A DNA stretch of 64,000 nt from NCBI GenBank assembly GCA_051294375.1, contig CM119270.1, positions 7,323,773-7,387,772 of the forward strand. The letters are read 5' to 3'. This DNA is from Paraspadella gotoi (Eukaryota; Animalia; Chaetognatha). The position numbers were made by a program, and so were the translations under genes. Each line of letters opens with the position of its first letter. Within the stretch, counting starts at the first letter, position 1. The notes under the pieces are model-generated. The model saw nothing but the letters and a program-made list of their open reading frames with translations. It did not search any database and had not been told where the DNA came from. Of the stretch, positions 47,101 to 62,000 are shown piece by piece.

Positions 47101-48198
47101 TTCACCGCGTGAGAGACGAAAATCGTCAATGGGAAAGTCGTGAAATTATTGAGTCATTGTGAGAGCTGATGACAGTTCTCAATCACAGTGGGAGTGTAAT
47201 TGATTGTGATTGTATTCGTATCATATAACCTCCTCTCTCTCTCCCTCGACGTCTCCTCCGTCCATCCGTTCTCTCGAAACCTAGATCCCCCATCTCCCTC
47301 TCTCTCTCAATCTTCCTCGGAAATCTCGTCGTGTCCTCCTAAGCATCCCCACCCTCTCCCCTGCCTCTCCTCTCCGTCTCTCTCATTCTCTCTCACTTCT
47401 CCTCCTCCCTCAACTCCTCAAATCAATATTCCTCATCCCCTCCTCTTCTTCCTCCTTCTAATGACAAATTATGGGTGTTTTGTGGTTGGATACCGGTCCA
47501 ACTGTTGTTCTTTCCGCACTGGACGCACAAAACCCAAAAACCCATTTATCTCACCCCTAAATCCAACTATCCGGATACCCTTCCCTGCCAGTAACCGGAG
47601 CGCGGCCTCTCGTCGATCTCCGTGGGATCTCATCAACGCGCGCAGGTCGGAGTATCCTCCCGCTCCTTTAGCCCTCTTTTAGCCCTCGCCTCACCGCAGT
47701 CGAGGGTGCACGGAGATCGGTGGCTGCAGGGTTCGGTCAACGGAGCAGCTCGACTCTGTACTTAACGCTTACCTCTATATTTAACCCTAATCTGTTTACC
47801 ATCGAATCTTATAACACAATCCTTTTAACCATTATGCGAATTTAAGATTAAATGGGACGTTTTTGGCAATTTTTAAAAAGTAAAATATTTTGTACAGAAA
47901 ATATATATTGGGCTTCGAAGTTAAAAGTAAAAAAATTTGTGTATTTAAAAAAGGAAATGTCTTCAAAAGTTTAATTGTTACAAAAGTAGATGTTTAACAG
48001 AATTTCATATTTAGTTGAAAAAAACAATTAAAAAAACAGTTTCATGTATTCATCATTGAATCTTTTAAATATTTTTATTTTTTATATTTTAGGTGAACCA
48101 CAGAAGTTGAGACTCTTAAAATGCGTCGTGGACGAAGTGGAATCCCCACAGGGGAAAATCGAGTTGAGAAGATAGGAGATGACACCGGTCAAAGAGAG
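41139..48198 (+). CDS. Immunoglobulin-superfamily cell-surface protein (nephrin/Kirrel/sidestep-like Ig array), incomplete model
   Basis: Signal-peptide-like MTLFLHIPFFSFLLFLPFLPPCSA, then YAAQGQPLRLRC (exon ends 41396). Exons at ~45469-45640, 46343-46382 (ATVICEVTG) and 46488-46689 (GVPAANVTW...TRSILTFVP, a C2-type Ig signature), the linker LNVEYPP (intact only in the second copy near 63850), and 48093-48198. Some exons are frameshifted or not found; garbled exon-like blocks continue to ~49050. Confidence 0.65.
45184..45261 (+). repeat. Short dispersed repeat family 2
   Basis: Same AAGTCAGGGGCAAGATAGCTT...GTTGTACCAATTTC element; intronic. Confidence 0.8.
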
Positions 48199-51115
48199 GT
48201 AAGGACTAAGAGAGAGGGAGAAAAAGAGAGGAAGAAAGATGCCGATTAGAGAGAGTTATGAGGTGAGGTAGTAATGAGCAGTGGTAGAGCCGAGTGGAAA
48301 ATGAAAAGCATAAGAGAACAAGTGAGTGACGCAATGATGGTGCATTGCCGAGTACTTCCGGTGAATGCGGATATGAGTTTTCGATTGACTATATAACGAC
48401 CACGGTTGATTGAGATTGTTGATTGATTGGTTTCTTCCAAGAATCGATCAGGGAAATTCAAAGAGCGGAATGCAGACTTGCCTCACGCCGACGAGATCGG
48501 GAAGCGAAATGTTCGGAGCATTGAGAGTTACCGTGTTGCTTGGTTTCCTCGCGGTAAGCAGTCTGGGCAATAATAATGAATCAAAGGCGCAAATTTTGAG
48601 CTCTTGCCGTTTTTTTTTTGCCAGGCTTCTGGACGAAGCCGACTTGTGGCGACCCAAGAGGCTTCAAAGCTGGCCATGGTCCCTTCGCGACATTTTCCCT
48701 TGAGGGTGAGTGACAAGCCAAGCACATGATTGTTTATATTGACGCGGTTCAAAGTGTTTGAGCTGTTTAAACAATTTTGCATTTGACTCTTTCACAACAC
48801 ACCCAACTTCTTAACCAGGAATAGCTATTTTTTAAACCTTTAATATCTTAATCCTCTTAAACCCCACCGAGTGGATAGACTTTACCAAAATTTTTTTCGT
48901 CTCGTAGCGGGCCGCTTTAGTATACCACAGCGATCGGACCGTAACTAAGTAATGAATATAAAAATTTTTGTCTTGGCGAAAAAGCGAGAAGATCAACGAT
49001 CCAAAGTCTGACACTTAGTTGGAGTGTACATCGGCCGGTGGAGTCGAGAAATGGTGAGTCTCTCTCCTCGCTCTCTTCCTCTCTCTGTCTCTCATGCTCT
49101 CTCCATTCTCACTGATCTGTTCGATCTCTCTCTACTCTCAGCTCCATCAATGTCTCTATCTCTGTCGTAGATCACGCGAACTCCGCGTCTCCCAGCGAGG
49201 CAGGTCGTCATCTCTCGATCGAATAGTTTCAAGTAATAGTAAATCTATTAATATCAAAGTATAACAATAAAGAACCCGCAGATCGTGCCGGAAAGACGAT
49301 AATTTTTAAAAACGAAAGAATAAAACGACGTGTAAATACTTGTGATTCTGCAAAGTTCTCAGTTTATTACCAATCGTGAGGGAGGTTGTTAAGAAATTAT
49401 TTCGGGTGACGGTGCAGACAGTTATTAAAATACTCTATATAATTTCAATCCCCAACAACACAGAGAAAGCATTAGGATTATCCTTTCCTCTCCTTTTTGT
49501 TTTATGTCTTGAACCTTTAATACGAAAATCCTTCCTCTGCACAGGTGAGCAACTACTTTGTACTGTGGATAATTGTAACTTCTTTTTGAGAGCTAATTTT
49601 ATTGTCAGCTTTTATACGTTCCCTGCGATGACTTTTACAATTAAGATAATAGGTGACCCAGAATAACATGTTTAGATAATAATTGTTAATTTGATTAAAT
49701 CTTATTTTATTTTCAGTAACGCAACCCAGAGAAAAAATCCGAGAGCCCATTTTCACTCCATCAGTCAATCCACTCACCTGCTTCCGGTTCTGGGTAAAGA
49801 GATCTTGCAAATACACGTACGGGCTTCACGTGAGATACCACTTGCAGCGGCGGAATGCCCACGATCGATTACGGAGAAACCCTCTTAAAATAATACGAGA
49901 CGAATTGTCTTTTTTTCCGCGGCCTAGGAATTGTTTGTGTAATTATAGTTACACGTATATCCTTTAATCATTAAAAAAAAAATATTGAAAGTTGAATAAA
50001 ATTTAGATTATTTAATAAATCCAAAATAATAAAATAAAAAAGTACGGGTCTAAAATTTCGTGGTAATTCTACTATGTCTCAGTAGTTTCTCGCTGTTGTT
50101 CCAGATGGACGCGGCAAAGGTCTACCCATAAATAGCCTTATGCACCATGTCGAACAAATAAAACTACACAGAACGAGAGATATAGAATTACGTTACGAAA
50201 CTCGGCGAGAAGCTCGAATAAATAAAAGACGAGTAGTTCGGTACGGACTTTTCTAAGGTAAAAAGTAAAGCTAAAAAATAGTAGTGTTCGGGTGTGTTAA
50301 AATATATACCAGAGAACAAGAAAATCCGGTCGACGTCTAACATCGAGATCCATAAGAAACATGTCCCATTAAAGATCAAAAACACAGAAAAAACAATAAC
50401 AGTAACGCAACACGAGGGAGACTAGCAGTCCACGTTCAATTGTATTAAACCGGCAGAACGCTTAGTACACTATACTTTCCAAAGAGATAACCAAACTTAA
50501 AAAAATAACTTAAAACACAAGAAAAAAAACAAATACGCCACTTTTCCAGATGGTAAAAAGAGATAAATTCTAAAACACACTTCATTTGCTATATGAGATC
50601 GCGTAAGTAATCAATATAGTTGAGGTTATCGGTTTTCCACGCCGCTTGCTTCATGTTTGCAGATCGTTCTCCGGAACAATAGACGATATTTTCAGCGCCG
50701 AAAAAGCATAACATAGAGAATAAATAAAACTAATAATATCAACAAAAAAAATCATTCCTATATACACGGGTTCATACTCCGTTTACCCACGAGTTCTGTA
50801 ATATAACATCATCCCGAGTTGTTAAAATTGGGTAGCCGACAGTTATTAATACTCCTTTTTATCAAACTAGCTAATTTCCCCCATCTCTTTATTTTTATGT
50901 CTCTCCTTCTCTCCTCTCTTCTTTTCTCTTTTAATGTTTATGTAGCTTCTCTCATCACATCTGCTCGGCAAAAGATTAAATACGTTAAATAAATAGCCAG
51001 CAAATAAAAGCCGACTTTTTCTTCTCTCTGAGTTAAGGCAAAGATATGAAAGGCTTTGAAAAATATACAACGGAAAAACGATTTTTTCTCCACTGTAACA
51101 AGAATAAAAACTTGC

Positions 51116-51140
51116 NNNNNNNNNNNNNNNNNNNNNNNNN
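51116..51140. other. Assembly gap (25 N)
   Basis: Run of 25 N. Confidence 1.
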
Positions 51141-52289
51141 GGAAACGATTCAGATAAAAGATGAGTGGTCATTAGAGATTCAGGTGATAACTGGGTCCCC
51201 TTAAAACCCGCTTGTCTAAAAATACTTAAAAAAAAAAGGCAAACAAGAAAACCTGTATATGAAATATCATGATTGTTGATTAAATTAAACATATTTTTTT
51301 TTTTCCCCTTTTAATTCCTTGTACCAATTTTTCTTCCTTTTACTTTTTTCGACCCGAAGCTTTGGAGTTAATTTTAACCAAAACATTTCTTTTTTTCTGT
51401 GTTTTATTTCCTTTTTTCTTTTCGCCTCTGACGCGTGCTTTTATTCATGCTGGTAGCTGAAAGGGCTTCATCTTAAATATTAAAGATGGAAAGAAGAGAA
51501 AAAGAAAACAAAGATTTAAAAAAAGATGAAGACAGTCGAGAAAAATAAAGCGGTTGAGATACTTTTCATAAAAATGTTTGATTTTTACTTCTTGTTATTT
51601 GTTAATATAGCGAAATTAGCAGTTTATAGAAAAATAAAATTAACGTTTCATTTTTATCATTTTTTTAAAAAAACGTGTCTTGTAACAAACAATCATAACA
51701 CCAAGATTGAAAAAAGAAAAGAGACAGCAGAAAAAGCAGTTTATTTTCAATCTATATATCACTTATTAGCCAACAAAAAAAACCAAACAAACACAAAAAC
51801 TTGCGTTGATTGACAAGTCCAGACATGCACCGCCTGATTGTTCATTGGCCTACTGATCTTTATACAGAGCGCCCCTGGTCTCTTTTTAATATCTATTCTG
51901 GTTTTTTTTAATAGAGGCTCGGCGATATTCATATACCCGACAAAGCTTGCTGGTACCCTTTTATAACTCTTAACGAATTCGAATTAGAAGAGAAAAATCT
52001 TAAAAGCATAAGGATCAAGCCATGTATGATAGTCATTCTTGATGCGATGATAGTGCATTCATTCATCGTCAAATAAAACAAACAAATGCGTGTATGAGTA
52101 AGAGAAGAGAGAGAGAGAGAGAGACCGAGAGAGAGAGAGGCTGGACAGTTTTCCCGCCACGAACGAATCAGAATTTTTTAGGGAAAAATTCCACGAAAAA
52201 TCTCGGATGTAATTGGGATTTTGTATTGAGAAAAAGCGCGAATTAAATGGCGATAATAAAAGTTTTTAGAGAAGGAAAAAAAGACGGAG

Positions 52290-52327
<38 letters not shown>

Positions 52328-54135
52328 AGCTGGACGAGCCGCTGGACCGCCGCTGGACCGCGCTGCAGAGCTGACACTCATTTTCCGACGAATATGAGTA
52401 GGGACGAACTCTTTTCCTTTCAATAAAAAAAATATTACAAAATAAATATTTGGGTATAGAGCCTATAAAAATTTTTTGTACAATTGAAAGTAAACTTAAA
52501 AATGCATAAATTTTCGGTTTGAGCATGTTCCCATACTAAATTTTTGATTCACCCCATTGAGAGGGGTACCCCTATTCAGTAGAAAAAAAACTTGATAAAG
52601 CTAACTCTTTTCAATAATAATGATCACAAAAATTATAATCCCTAATAACAAAATTATATAGTTGAAAATACTCAGTTAACGACTAATGATATTTTTGACT
52701 TCCCAAATATTTTTTTTCCTCATTTTTAAAAAATTTTAATCTTGATGAAATTTTTGATTGTTCGTTTTTTTAGGAAGGAGAACCAGACCGAGGGTCAAAT
52801 TTTATATTTGCATATTTAATTAATTTATAAATAAGTTATCAGAACTCAAATAATTATTATTTAAAAAAAAGATAAAATATTAAATAATACACTAAAAATA
52901 TTATAATTTAATACTAGTATAAATTATCAGAATAACAAAAAAAGTAAAGTTTATATTCTCTTATCAACTCTATGTTAATTATTTGCCAAAGTGGGCCAAC
53001 CGGTTCAAAGTTACAATAATAAATAATACAAATTTATTTTTTAAAATGTAAGTGCTGCATATATAATAAAGTCACATTAGCTGATTTACATGTGACATGC
53101 ATGTCAATATAAAGTTATTCTTCACTTTTTTAAAATGTATCCAGAAATCTCGGATGTAAATTTAGGATTTTGTTATTGAGAAAAAAAGCCCCGAATAAAA
53201 GTTTTTAGAAAAAAAAAACATAATCATAATTTTTCAAAAAAAGAACGATCACGCAGAAAAGAATCGTAAAGAGAGAAAGAGACAGTAAGAGAAAGAGGAG
53301 AAAAGAGAGAAAAAACAAAGCTGGACAGCTTGCTTGCAGGCCGCTGTACAATCAGTGCATGAAACTGAACTCGTTTTTTCTGAAATAAAAGAATAAAAGA
53401 AATAAAAGAAATAAAAGAAAGGCCAAAAAAAATGTTACAATGGTTTACAATTGGAAACGTTTTTCCAATTTTTTTCCAATCGCAGCTTGTAAAGATTTTT
53501 ATTTATTTGTATTCAAATTAAAGATATGCTTCTCATTAAAAGTATTGATTGAGTTCCATTTTTATTAGAGATTTTAAAAAAAATTTTTGAATTTCAATCT
53601 TCAATATTATATACTGCAATACTGTAAATTAGATTAAGCATTTCTATATACTCAAAATTTGATATGATAATGAGTACTATAACATTTGCATATTGCAGTA
53701 AAATTCATAATGAATGTGGAAATTCAAACAAAAAAATACTTAAATCAATGATATAAGAAATATCAAAGCTATTTCAAGATGAGAAGCCATATTCAAATTT
53801 TTAATCTTACCTAATGAATGCACACTTTTTGTTAAAACTTTATCATAATTCATATAATTTTTATTTAAAAAAAAACGGTTAAGTCACAGCCAAAACTTAA
53901 ACAGCGTCAGTAGTTTTTTTTAAGGAAAACAGCGTGGACGGCCGAACGACGACGACCGACGACGAGACTACGTCACAAAAGAAGCTCACCCGAATCAATA
54001 TCAGCCCTGAACCGCTTCGCGGTCATGGCTTGATAAAAAAGGGTCGACAATCTTTGTTTTTTATTTTGGGCGAAAATGAGATTTTACGATCTGTTATTTA
54101 TGGTTCGTATGATTGTTGAAACAGGTTTTTACGCA

Positions 54136-54179
<44 letters not shown>

Positions 54180-54463
54180 CCTCCTCTCTCTCCAATAAGT
54201 TAAATTTTTCAATAAACAAAAAAAAATATCTAAGGACTGAGGACAAATGGAAAGGATATCAAAGAAGTCGTATTTCACTTCTCATTCCTACAAATTCGTT
54301 ATATAATAATTGTTGTTGTGGTTTGTTGTTGTCGTCATCCTCAATTGCAGTCCAAGTCTTAACGACCTCTGACGCCGTGAAGCGAAAAGCTCGAAATCCG
54401 GGACGAATTTGAGTCTCCTTCTTATTTAATTTTGATTTTTAATTTTTGAATCACTCTAATTGC

Positions 54464-54494
<31 letters not shown>

Positions 54495-54891
54495 CTCTCT
54501 CCTTCTCTCTCTCTCTCTGCTCTCCTTCTCTCTCTCTCTCTCTCTCTCTCTTTCTCCTAGCTCATCTCTTCGTGCGGCTCTTAGTTTCGTCTGTGATTAT
54601 TTTCTTTCTATTTTTTGTTGTTTTTTTCTGGTTTTTCGTTCTTTCTCCAGTTGTCTCTTTCGTTCGTTTCTTTCTTTCTTTTCTTCTTTCATTTTCTTTG
54701 TCTTTCTTTCTTTTCTTTCTTTCTTTCTTTCTTTCTTTGTTTTCTTTCTTTCTTTCTTTTTTTTTCTTTATTTTCTTTTCTTTTTTCTTTCTTTTTTTTC
54801 TCTATTTCCTCTCCTTTTAAAGTGCTTGGTTTATTTTTTACTTTTAGCCCGCATCATCACTTCAGGGACAGGACCTCTTCGTCTCTTCTCT

Positions 54892-54940
<49 letters not shown>

Positions 54941-55980
54941 ACTCTATTTTCCGTCACGTCGGAAAAACACTTCTCACTGGTAAATTTTTCGTTTAAAAGA
55001 CAAAAAATTCCTTTAAACAAACTTTTGGGACTTTATTAAGCCATACATTTAAGATATTAATCTAATCGGAAGGAATAACGAAATACAGGGTTTTTCTTTA
55101 AACGCTTTCTTTTTTATTTCTTGTTAAACTATAATTTATCATACATAATTATTAAAAAAGTCTATGTAGAAATATATAAATGTTGTATCCAATGTTTATT
55201 CAACGCTATATCCGCTCTTCTTCTATAAATATATATGAATATATTAAATGTATTTGTTTATATTTTTGCCTTGAAAAAATGAATCCACAACGAAAATTGA
55301 GAATATTGCGGTCAAAAAATATTTATTTTTATCCTAATGATTTTTTAATATAATTTTAACCTCCCTGGCAGTAAAGCCTATCCTTAAATCAATAAAGATA
55401 GCAAAAAGACCACGCGAAAAAAAAATAATTGAAAGCTTGCAGGGACTCTATGTCATTACTTTGTAAGAGTGATGGAGGCCTTAAACCACCCAAAGGCCTG
55501 TCAAGTCAGGGGGCAAGATAGCTTATTTATTTAAATGAATGGATAAAATTTTATATTCGTTTGCTACCAATTTCATTCATGACAACGACCCTGTAATAAA
55601 AACTTTGGATCGATACGATGAACCATTACGCGTCAGAGCATAAAATATGACACAATATCTTCTCTTTCTCTCGCCTCTCTCTTTCCTCTCCTTTCTCTCC
55701 TCTCTTTTCTCTCTTTCTCTCTCCTCTCTCCGTCTCGCCTTCTATTTTTTTCCGTGTTCTGTACATGAATGCATTAGTAATTTAATTTAATAAGTTTTAA
55801 TCACTGAACTATGTCGCTGCAATGATTTCGCGCTCGATACTTTTTCAAAAACAAAAAGGCGCAACTTCTAAAAAAAAAAAAAAATCATATTTTTCAAGAT
55901 ATTAAAAAGACAATTGGTAATTTCAAATCTATAGGTTGAAGCGGCTTTTATTCGTGGAGATTGAAAGACGAGAGAGAGAG

Positions 55981-56012
<32 letters not shown>

Positions 56013-59000
56013 AGAGATAGACGAGAGAGAGAGAGAGAGAGAGAGAGTGGTGCCTCTTAAAAATTCCTGTATCTTATTACTCATGAATTATCTCCCCCTG
56101 ATATCTTTTTTTTTTCTTGTCTTTTTTCTCTTTTTTTCCATTTTTTTCCAATTCTTTTTTTCCTCTTTTTTCTTTTTTAGCTCCGCGTCAATTTACTTTT
56201 TCTCTGCGTTTTTTTTTCAGTGAATTCGGTAAAAGGATCAAATTTTTTTTACCCGCGTGTCGCCGGTAACGAGGAGTCCTTCTCCGACGATTATTTGGAG
56301 TACTTGCTGTCAAACTTTTAAAAAAAGATTTAAGCAAAACGAAAATTTCTAAAAACCAAATAAAAATACTAACTACAAAACTTGAAAACAATTAATAACG
56401 CAAAAAATTAAAAAGTGAAAAAAGTCAAATTTCTTTTGACATTAAAAACGACTAAAAGCAAAGGGACGTCCGATTTGATGCCCAATACACAAAAGCTTTT
56501 TATCCATCTCTTCTCCACGCGAGTTCCGAACTCCACGCATCCTCACAATCTGACCCCTTCCTCGTGAGACTCCCCCCACGCCGGAACTTCTTTTTTTTTC
56601 AATTTTCCCGGAAACTACGGCGTCTTTTTTTCCGGAAAAGAAGGCTAAGTCGATCCAAAGCTTGCCGACGAAAAAAAAAGAAGAGAAAGATCGATTTACT
56701 CTTTCCGGTTGTTCTTTTAGTTTTTTTCTTTTTCTTTCTTTTTTTGGCTCACGACTTCATACCTTCCACCGAAGACAGGAAATTCGTCCATTACGAGCTT
56801 GGACAGAACTGCGCAAGACGGACAGAGCCAGAGATTTAGAGAGAGAGACGAGAGGAAGAGATGAGAGAGCAGAGGCATGAGAGAGAGGAGAGAGACGAGA
56901 GAGAGACGAGAGCGAAGAGTCTTGATTGTTTCAATCAACGGATATCTCCTCTCCATCGCGAAACTGTCGCGACTTCTTTTCGAAATAAGCGTCACCGCTT
57001 GTCCGTCATTTTTAAAAGCCGGCACCTGGTGACCGCGTCGGACGTAAACACTTAGCTGGAATTACCGCGCGTGTCGAACTTCAAACGCGACAAAAGGGCG
57101 CGTAAAAAAAACCCTTTTAGCCCTTTGCGCTGGTATTCTCCGACTATCAACTATATGGACAATCATGTGAAAAAAAAAATTTTCAATGAAAAAAAGTCAT
57201 AAAAATAAAGGGCATCATCGTGATAGTCGGAAAATAAACAGAAACAAAAACAAAAAAACATCGACGCCATCGTTGGATTCTTAAAAACGAAATGACCGCC
57301 AACAACAACGCCAAAGAAATTTCATCGGACGCTTTTTCTCCACATCCTTTTTTCTCTTTCCTCCTTTCCTCCCTTCCTCACCGCCCGTGCTCCGCTTCTT
57401 CCCGCCTCCGCCGACGCAGCGCGCGCCCGACGGCTTCGCGGCTGCAGGCCAGCCCGCTCCGGTCTGCGGTTGCCAAAGGCCCTTCGTCGGATCTCCGCGC
57501 CTGGACGTCGCCAACGGAAGCCACCCCGCGATTCGACGAGGAGGATTTGGAAGGGTGATTTTACAGGTGTGTGGTGGAGGGTAGGATGTGTGGGTGGGGG
57601 TCGTGGGGAACGGGGATGGGTGCGTGTTGAAGATGGTCTCAAGCGGGGGATGTCCCTCAGAGATTCGATTACGATGCTTTTCATTTGCGGCTTGAATTCG
57701 CCAAATTGTTGCACCAAGGCGAGATATAAGTGGGCTGGAAGATGACCATTCGTGGACTTCCTTCCCTCTGCCATTCGCAAGGGGTCCTTGGCATACGAGC
57801 CAGTCTCGAGGTTGCTCGTATGCTCCCAGAGGTTTGCGCAGCCGTCTATTAGTTAGGTTAATCACAGATTTGGAATGAACACGTAATAAATTGTCATGGT
57901 AGGAGTTGCTTTTACTTCACGGCTACCGGCCGGGCCACATAGCTGTTGGAGCCAAGTTAAATCGGGTTAAAACCTGGTGAAGAGTTTTTTACCATTTGTC
58001 ATATGCGCATTATATATTTCCAATCATTATAATTCTGACCCTATTATGGCCCGCTCAGTTTGGACATAGTTACTGGCAGTGTCGACAAGACGTGTAAATT
58101 CCGGCCGTCATGACGAAGACGACCGACACGACGGACGACGAGCGACCATTACCACAGCATCGTTGGTTGGTTTTTATTTTGGACTAACGTAGAATGCTTC
58201 GTATGAGGTCGCTCTGAAAGCGTGTCAATTCTCTTGTCGTCATAGTCTGTTACGATTTATTCACAATAAAAACGCAATGAGCGGCTGTTGCCTCGTAAAG
58301 GACTGTTATTGTCGACAAAAAAAAAAAAAACTTCGGAAACAAACCCTTTCATTACCTAATTAAATTCTCGCGTAGTTTACTATCATTTCGATAACGATCG
58401 CCGTACTACTATTTACTCTAAATAAAAACAATAAAATCCATTGATTTGAATAATACCTTGCCGATTTTTGTTTTGTTCTTTTTTGTTTAAATTATAATTT
58501 TTTTCTTTCTTTTTTTTTCTCGGATTTCAATTTGCGGGCTAATTTGTTCCGGAGAGAAAAACAGATAATAACTCGTTTCATAAATGATTTCTTTTCCACC
58601 CCCCCCCAAAAAAAATTATTAGTTTTTTAAACGGTTTAATTAATGAGCGTCAATCATGAAACAGCAAGGAGCGCGATTTAATACGCCAAGAGACGGGGGG
58701 AGTGGGGAGTAGGAGGGGGGGAGGAAAACGACGCTATACGTGACTAAGGGGTGAATAGCGGCGAAGGGGGGACGATGGTAGAAGGAGAGAGGCAAGAGGG
58801 GAGGAAATGATAGGCGGGGAGGGAGAGAGAGAGAAAGAGGATGGAGGAAATAAAAGTGGCAAGGGAGGCAGGAAGAGGTAAAAGAAAAAAAGACAACTCT
58901 TCTTTTATTTTTTTTTTACCAATGCTATATTCATACGAAGTATATTGTGTATGTTAAAAAAGAAAATTGAAAACACGATAAGAAATGATTGAATATAAAA

Positions 59001-62000
59001 AACCGCGAATTAAAAAAATATTGTGTTATTTCTTCTTTACTGAGTTGTCTCGTCTCTAGATATCAATTATTCAAATTTTTGAACCAATGGACTTTGCGGC
59101 GATATATTCTTGACTGAAACTGGCCACCTCAAATCAGATAAAGTAACTTTTAAACTGGTTCGCATGAGAAGAGAAGGAGAGAGGAAAGAGAAGAAGAGTA
59201 AGTAAGGAGACCAAACTTAACAAAATAACTCAAACAGACACAGCAGCCCATTATTCGTTGAACGTTGACGAATCTGGCGATAATATGCTAATTCTCGCGC
59301 GGATCTCAAAGCCTTTAACTCATTCATACGCACTTTTGAGCAATCGACGTTCACAGGGCTCAATTCGGTCGTATTATTCGCCACTTCCTGATTAGTCCAA
59401 TATTTCGAATTAAACGAGTTGTTCCCTTAATTTAAAAACTCTAAATGTCGTCGGAATCGAAAAAACATTAGCTTTTTTGTGTTTTATTCTGCCCCTCCGT
59501 TAAACGTCGTTGTGTTCTGCGTGTTAGGCCAACCCTAATTTGCAGGTGTCTTGGCAAGATCTTTTAAGTGTCTTTAATAGTTACTTTTATTAGTTAATGA
59601 AATTTCTGTAAAGTGAGAAAATTACTACCGATATGTATAAAGTCGTCCCGGGGAGGATGAAACGAAAAAGAGAGCGACGCGCGAACTTAAGCGCCGCGAA
59701 AAAAGAAGAATTTTGGGAGATGCGGTTGAACACGTGTTCAGGGCGATGTAACTTGTTTGAAGAACATTGTTCGGTGTTGTAAACGTAAATACATTTAAGG
59801 TTTGGACTTTTAATACTCCGTGAATTATGAGAAGTTTTTTTATTACACGGGTGTTCGAGGATTCTGTTCGTCACTATACATCATGTAAAGTCCATCCTTG
59901 GTCCATCCGTCCGTCCGTCGACGCACTTCCTCGCGTCAATTAAATCCATGGGCCGGATTAATTGGTGAAATATGAGCTTGTGAAAGAAAGACGTGAGATG
60001 AACTTAGGAATCACGTATTTTAATAAACGTTTTCAGGTGGAAAAACTAGAAGGGTTTAAAAATGCACGTTTTTAGAAGCCCAGCGCGTGACTAACTTGAG
60101 TTTTTATTAACTAACACATTAATCTTTATTCTAACCCCAAATAGACAGTAAGTTTTGAGCTTTCGGCAACAAGAAACACAGGATTGGCTAATTTCCTCCC
60201 CCAGAAATAGAAAAAAAAAGGTTTTCAACTTAACCTGACTCATTCAATACCCGGAGATCCTCTACCCCCTCTCAAAAAAAATTCACTTTGAAAAAAAAAA
60301 TTTCTCCTCCTTGGATTTCCGGTCCCACCGGCCGAATTACCAATCCGGCGACGACGACCGCCGACGACCGATCGACGGCGACGACGAAAGTGGCGTACTG
60401 TACTCCGACTCGCAGCGACGTCGACGCCAGCATCTGTAGCCCAAATTCATTCCGCCGATTATCCGGCAATTTGATTGATCGAATCGGTCCGTGCGAGAAG
60501 CCCACCCTCTGCCTGGAATCACAACGAAAAAAAATCATTTACATGTCTGCAGGTACTTAAAAACTTTGTTTCAAAATGGTTTCTATTAAAACATATTTAA
60601 TTTTTATGAGGTATGCTTTTGCACACAAAAATCATCTCAGAAGAGAAAATCGGGACAGAGCAGAATGACGGGGGCACGGGACAGAGGATGACAGGAGTAG
60701 TAGAAAAGAAAGAATGAATTAAATCGTAATCCTTCTCAGCCTTTTTTCAAAGCTTCATGCAGCACTCCATCATCCAACACGACCCGTCATCTTTTCTGCG
60801 CACATCCCGTAAATAGATAGTTGGAACTTGCAACTGCGAAGTCTTCTGCCCGACAATACGTTATGATGTAACTATTCGCCACGCAGCCAAAACTGGACGT
60901 ATTCATTGGCTGCTCTTTTGAAGATTTTATTAAAAGTTAAATTTTGAAAGTAAGAAAATCAATATTTTTTTTTATTTCTTTGATTTAAAGTGGACAAGAT
61001 TGGAGGTTGACGCAAATATTCTATAGGAGTAAAACTTTAGCCAGGGGGATTTTCTAGTTGAATTACGTCGTGTACTCTCATTTTGTGTGTTGTCCAAAAA
61101 TCTAGTTGACTGTTGAATGTGTCAATTTCGGTTTATTGACAACAACAATATCGCAGTCAGTCGCATTGATCCGTTGTTCAATGACGAATACAAATCTTAC
61201 AAGTGATTTTTAAACATGGCATTCATCTTCGACATACTCTTACTTCCATACATAGAACATTAATATAAATATCACCCTCTAATTTCATTCTTCCCAACGA
61301 TCAAGTTACGATAAAAATAAGATAACTCTGTCGTTGCTTAGCGGGGTTTGGGAAACAAAAATCCTTATTCGGATCCAATATGTGATTAACCTCCCGAATT
61401 CGGGATAAATTGTCGAATTTCTTGTTGTTTCTTTCTTTATCTCGGATTAAGAGTGACAAGCTCAGTAGAAACATCGTATTCGGACCCGAACTGTGGATTT
61501 GCTCGTCGGGAAACTCAAAAATGAATGGAGACGTATAATAGAATACACGTTTAGCAAGTCAGGGGCAAGATAGCTTGTTAATTTTTAATGAACAAATGAA
61601 TGAATACATTTATATTGTTGTACCAATTTTCCCATGTATATTGTTTTTAGCGGAAAAGAAAAAAGAAAGAGTGGAAACCAAAGAAAAGAAAATCAATGGA
61701 AAGGAAAAACAAAGGAGTAAGAGAAAACAATACAAAAGAAGAAAAAGAAAAAGAAAAGAAACAGAAAAACCCCCATGAGACAACTCCTTGCCCCCCATAC
61801 ATCGACCCCAATCTGCTCAATTCCTCTACCCACCCTGCTTCCCAGCTGATCTGGGACCCTCTCGCCGCCCACGGAGAGATTCCCGCCCGTCGCCTCCTGC
61901 GTTCTTCAGGCGCATCGAACTCACGTCGCCCGGTTCGCTTCGTTCGACCACGGAGTGCCACCATTCGATTCTCGTCGTCGACGCGCCTCGATTTGCGCCA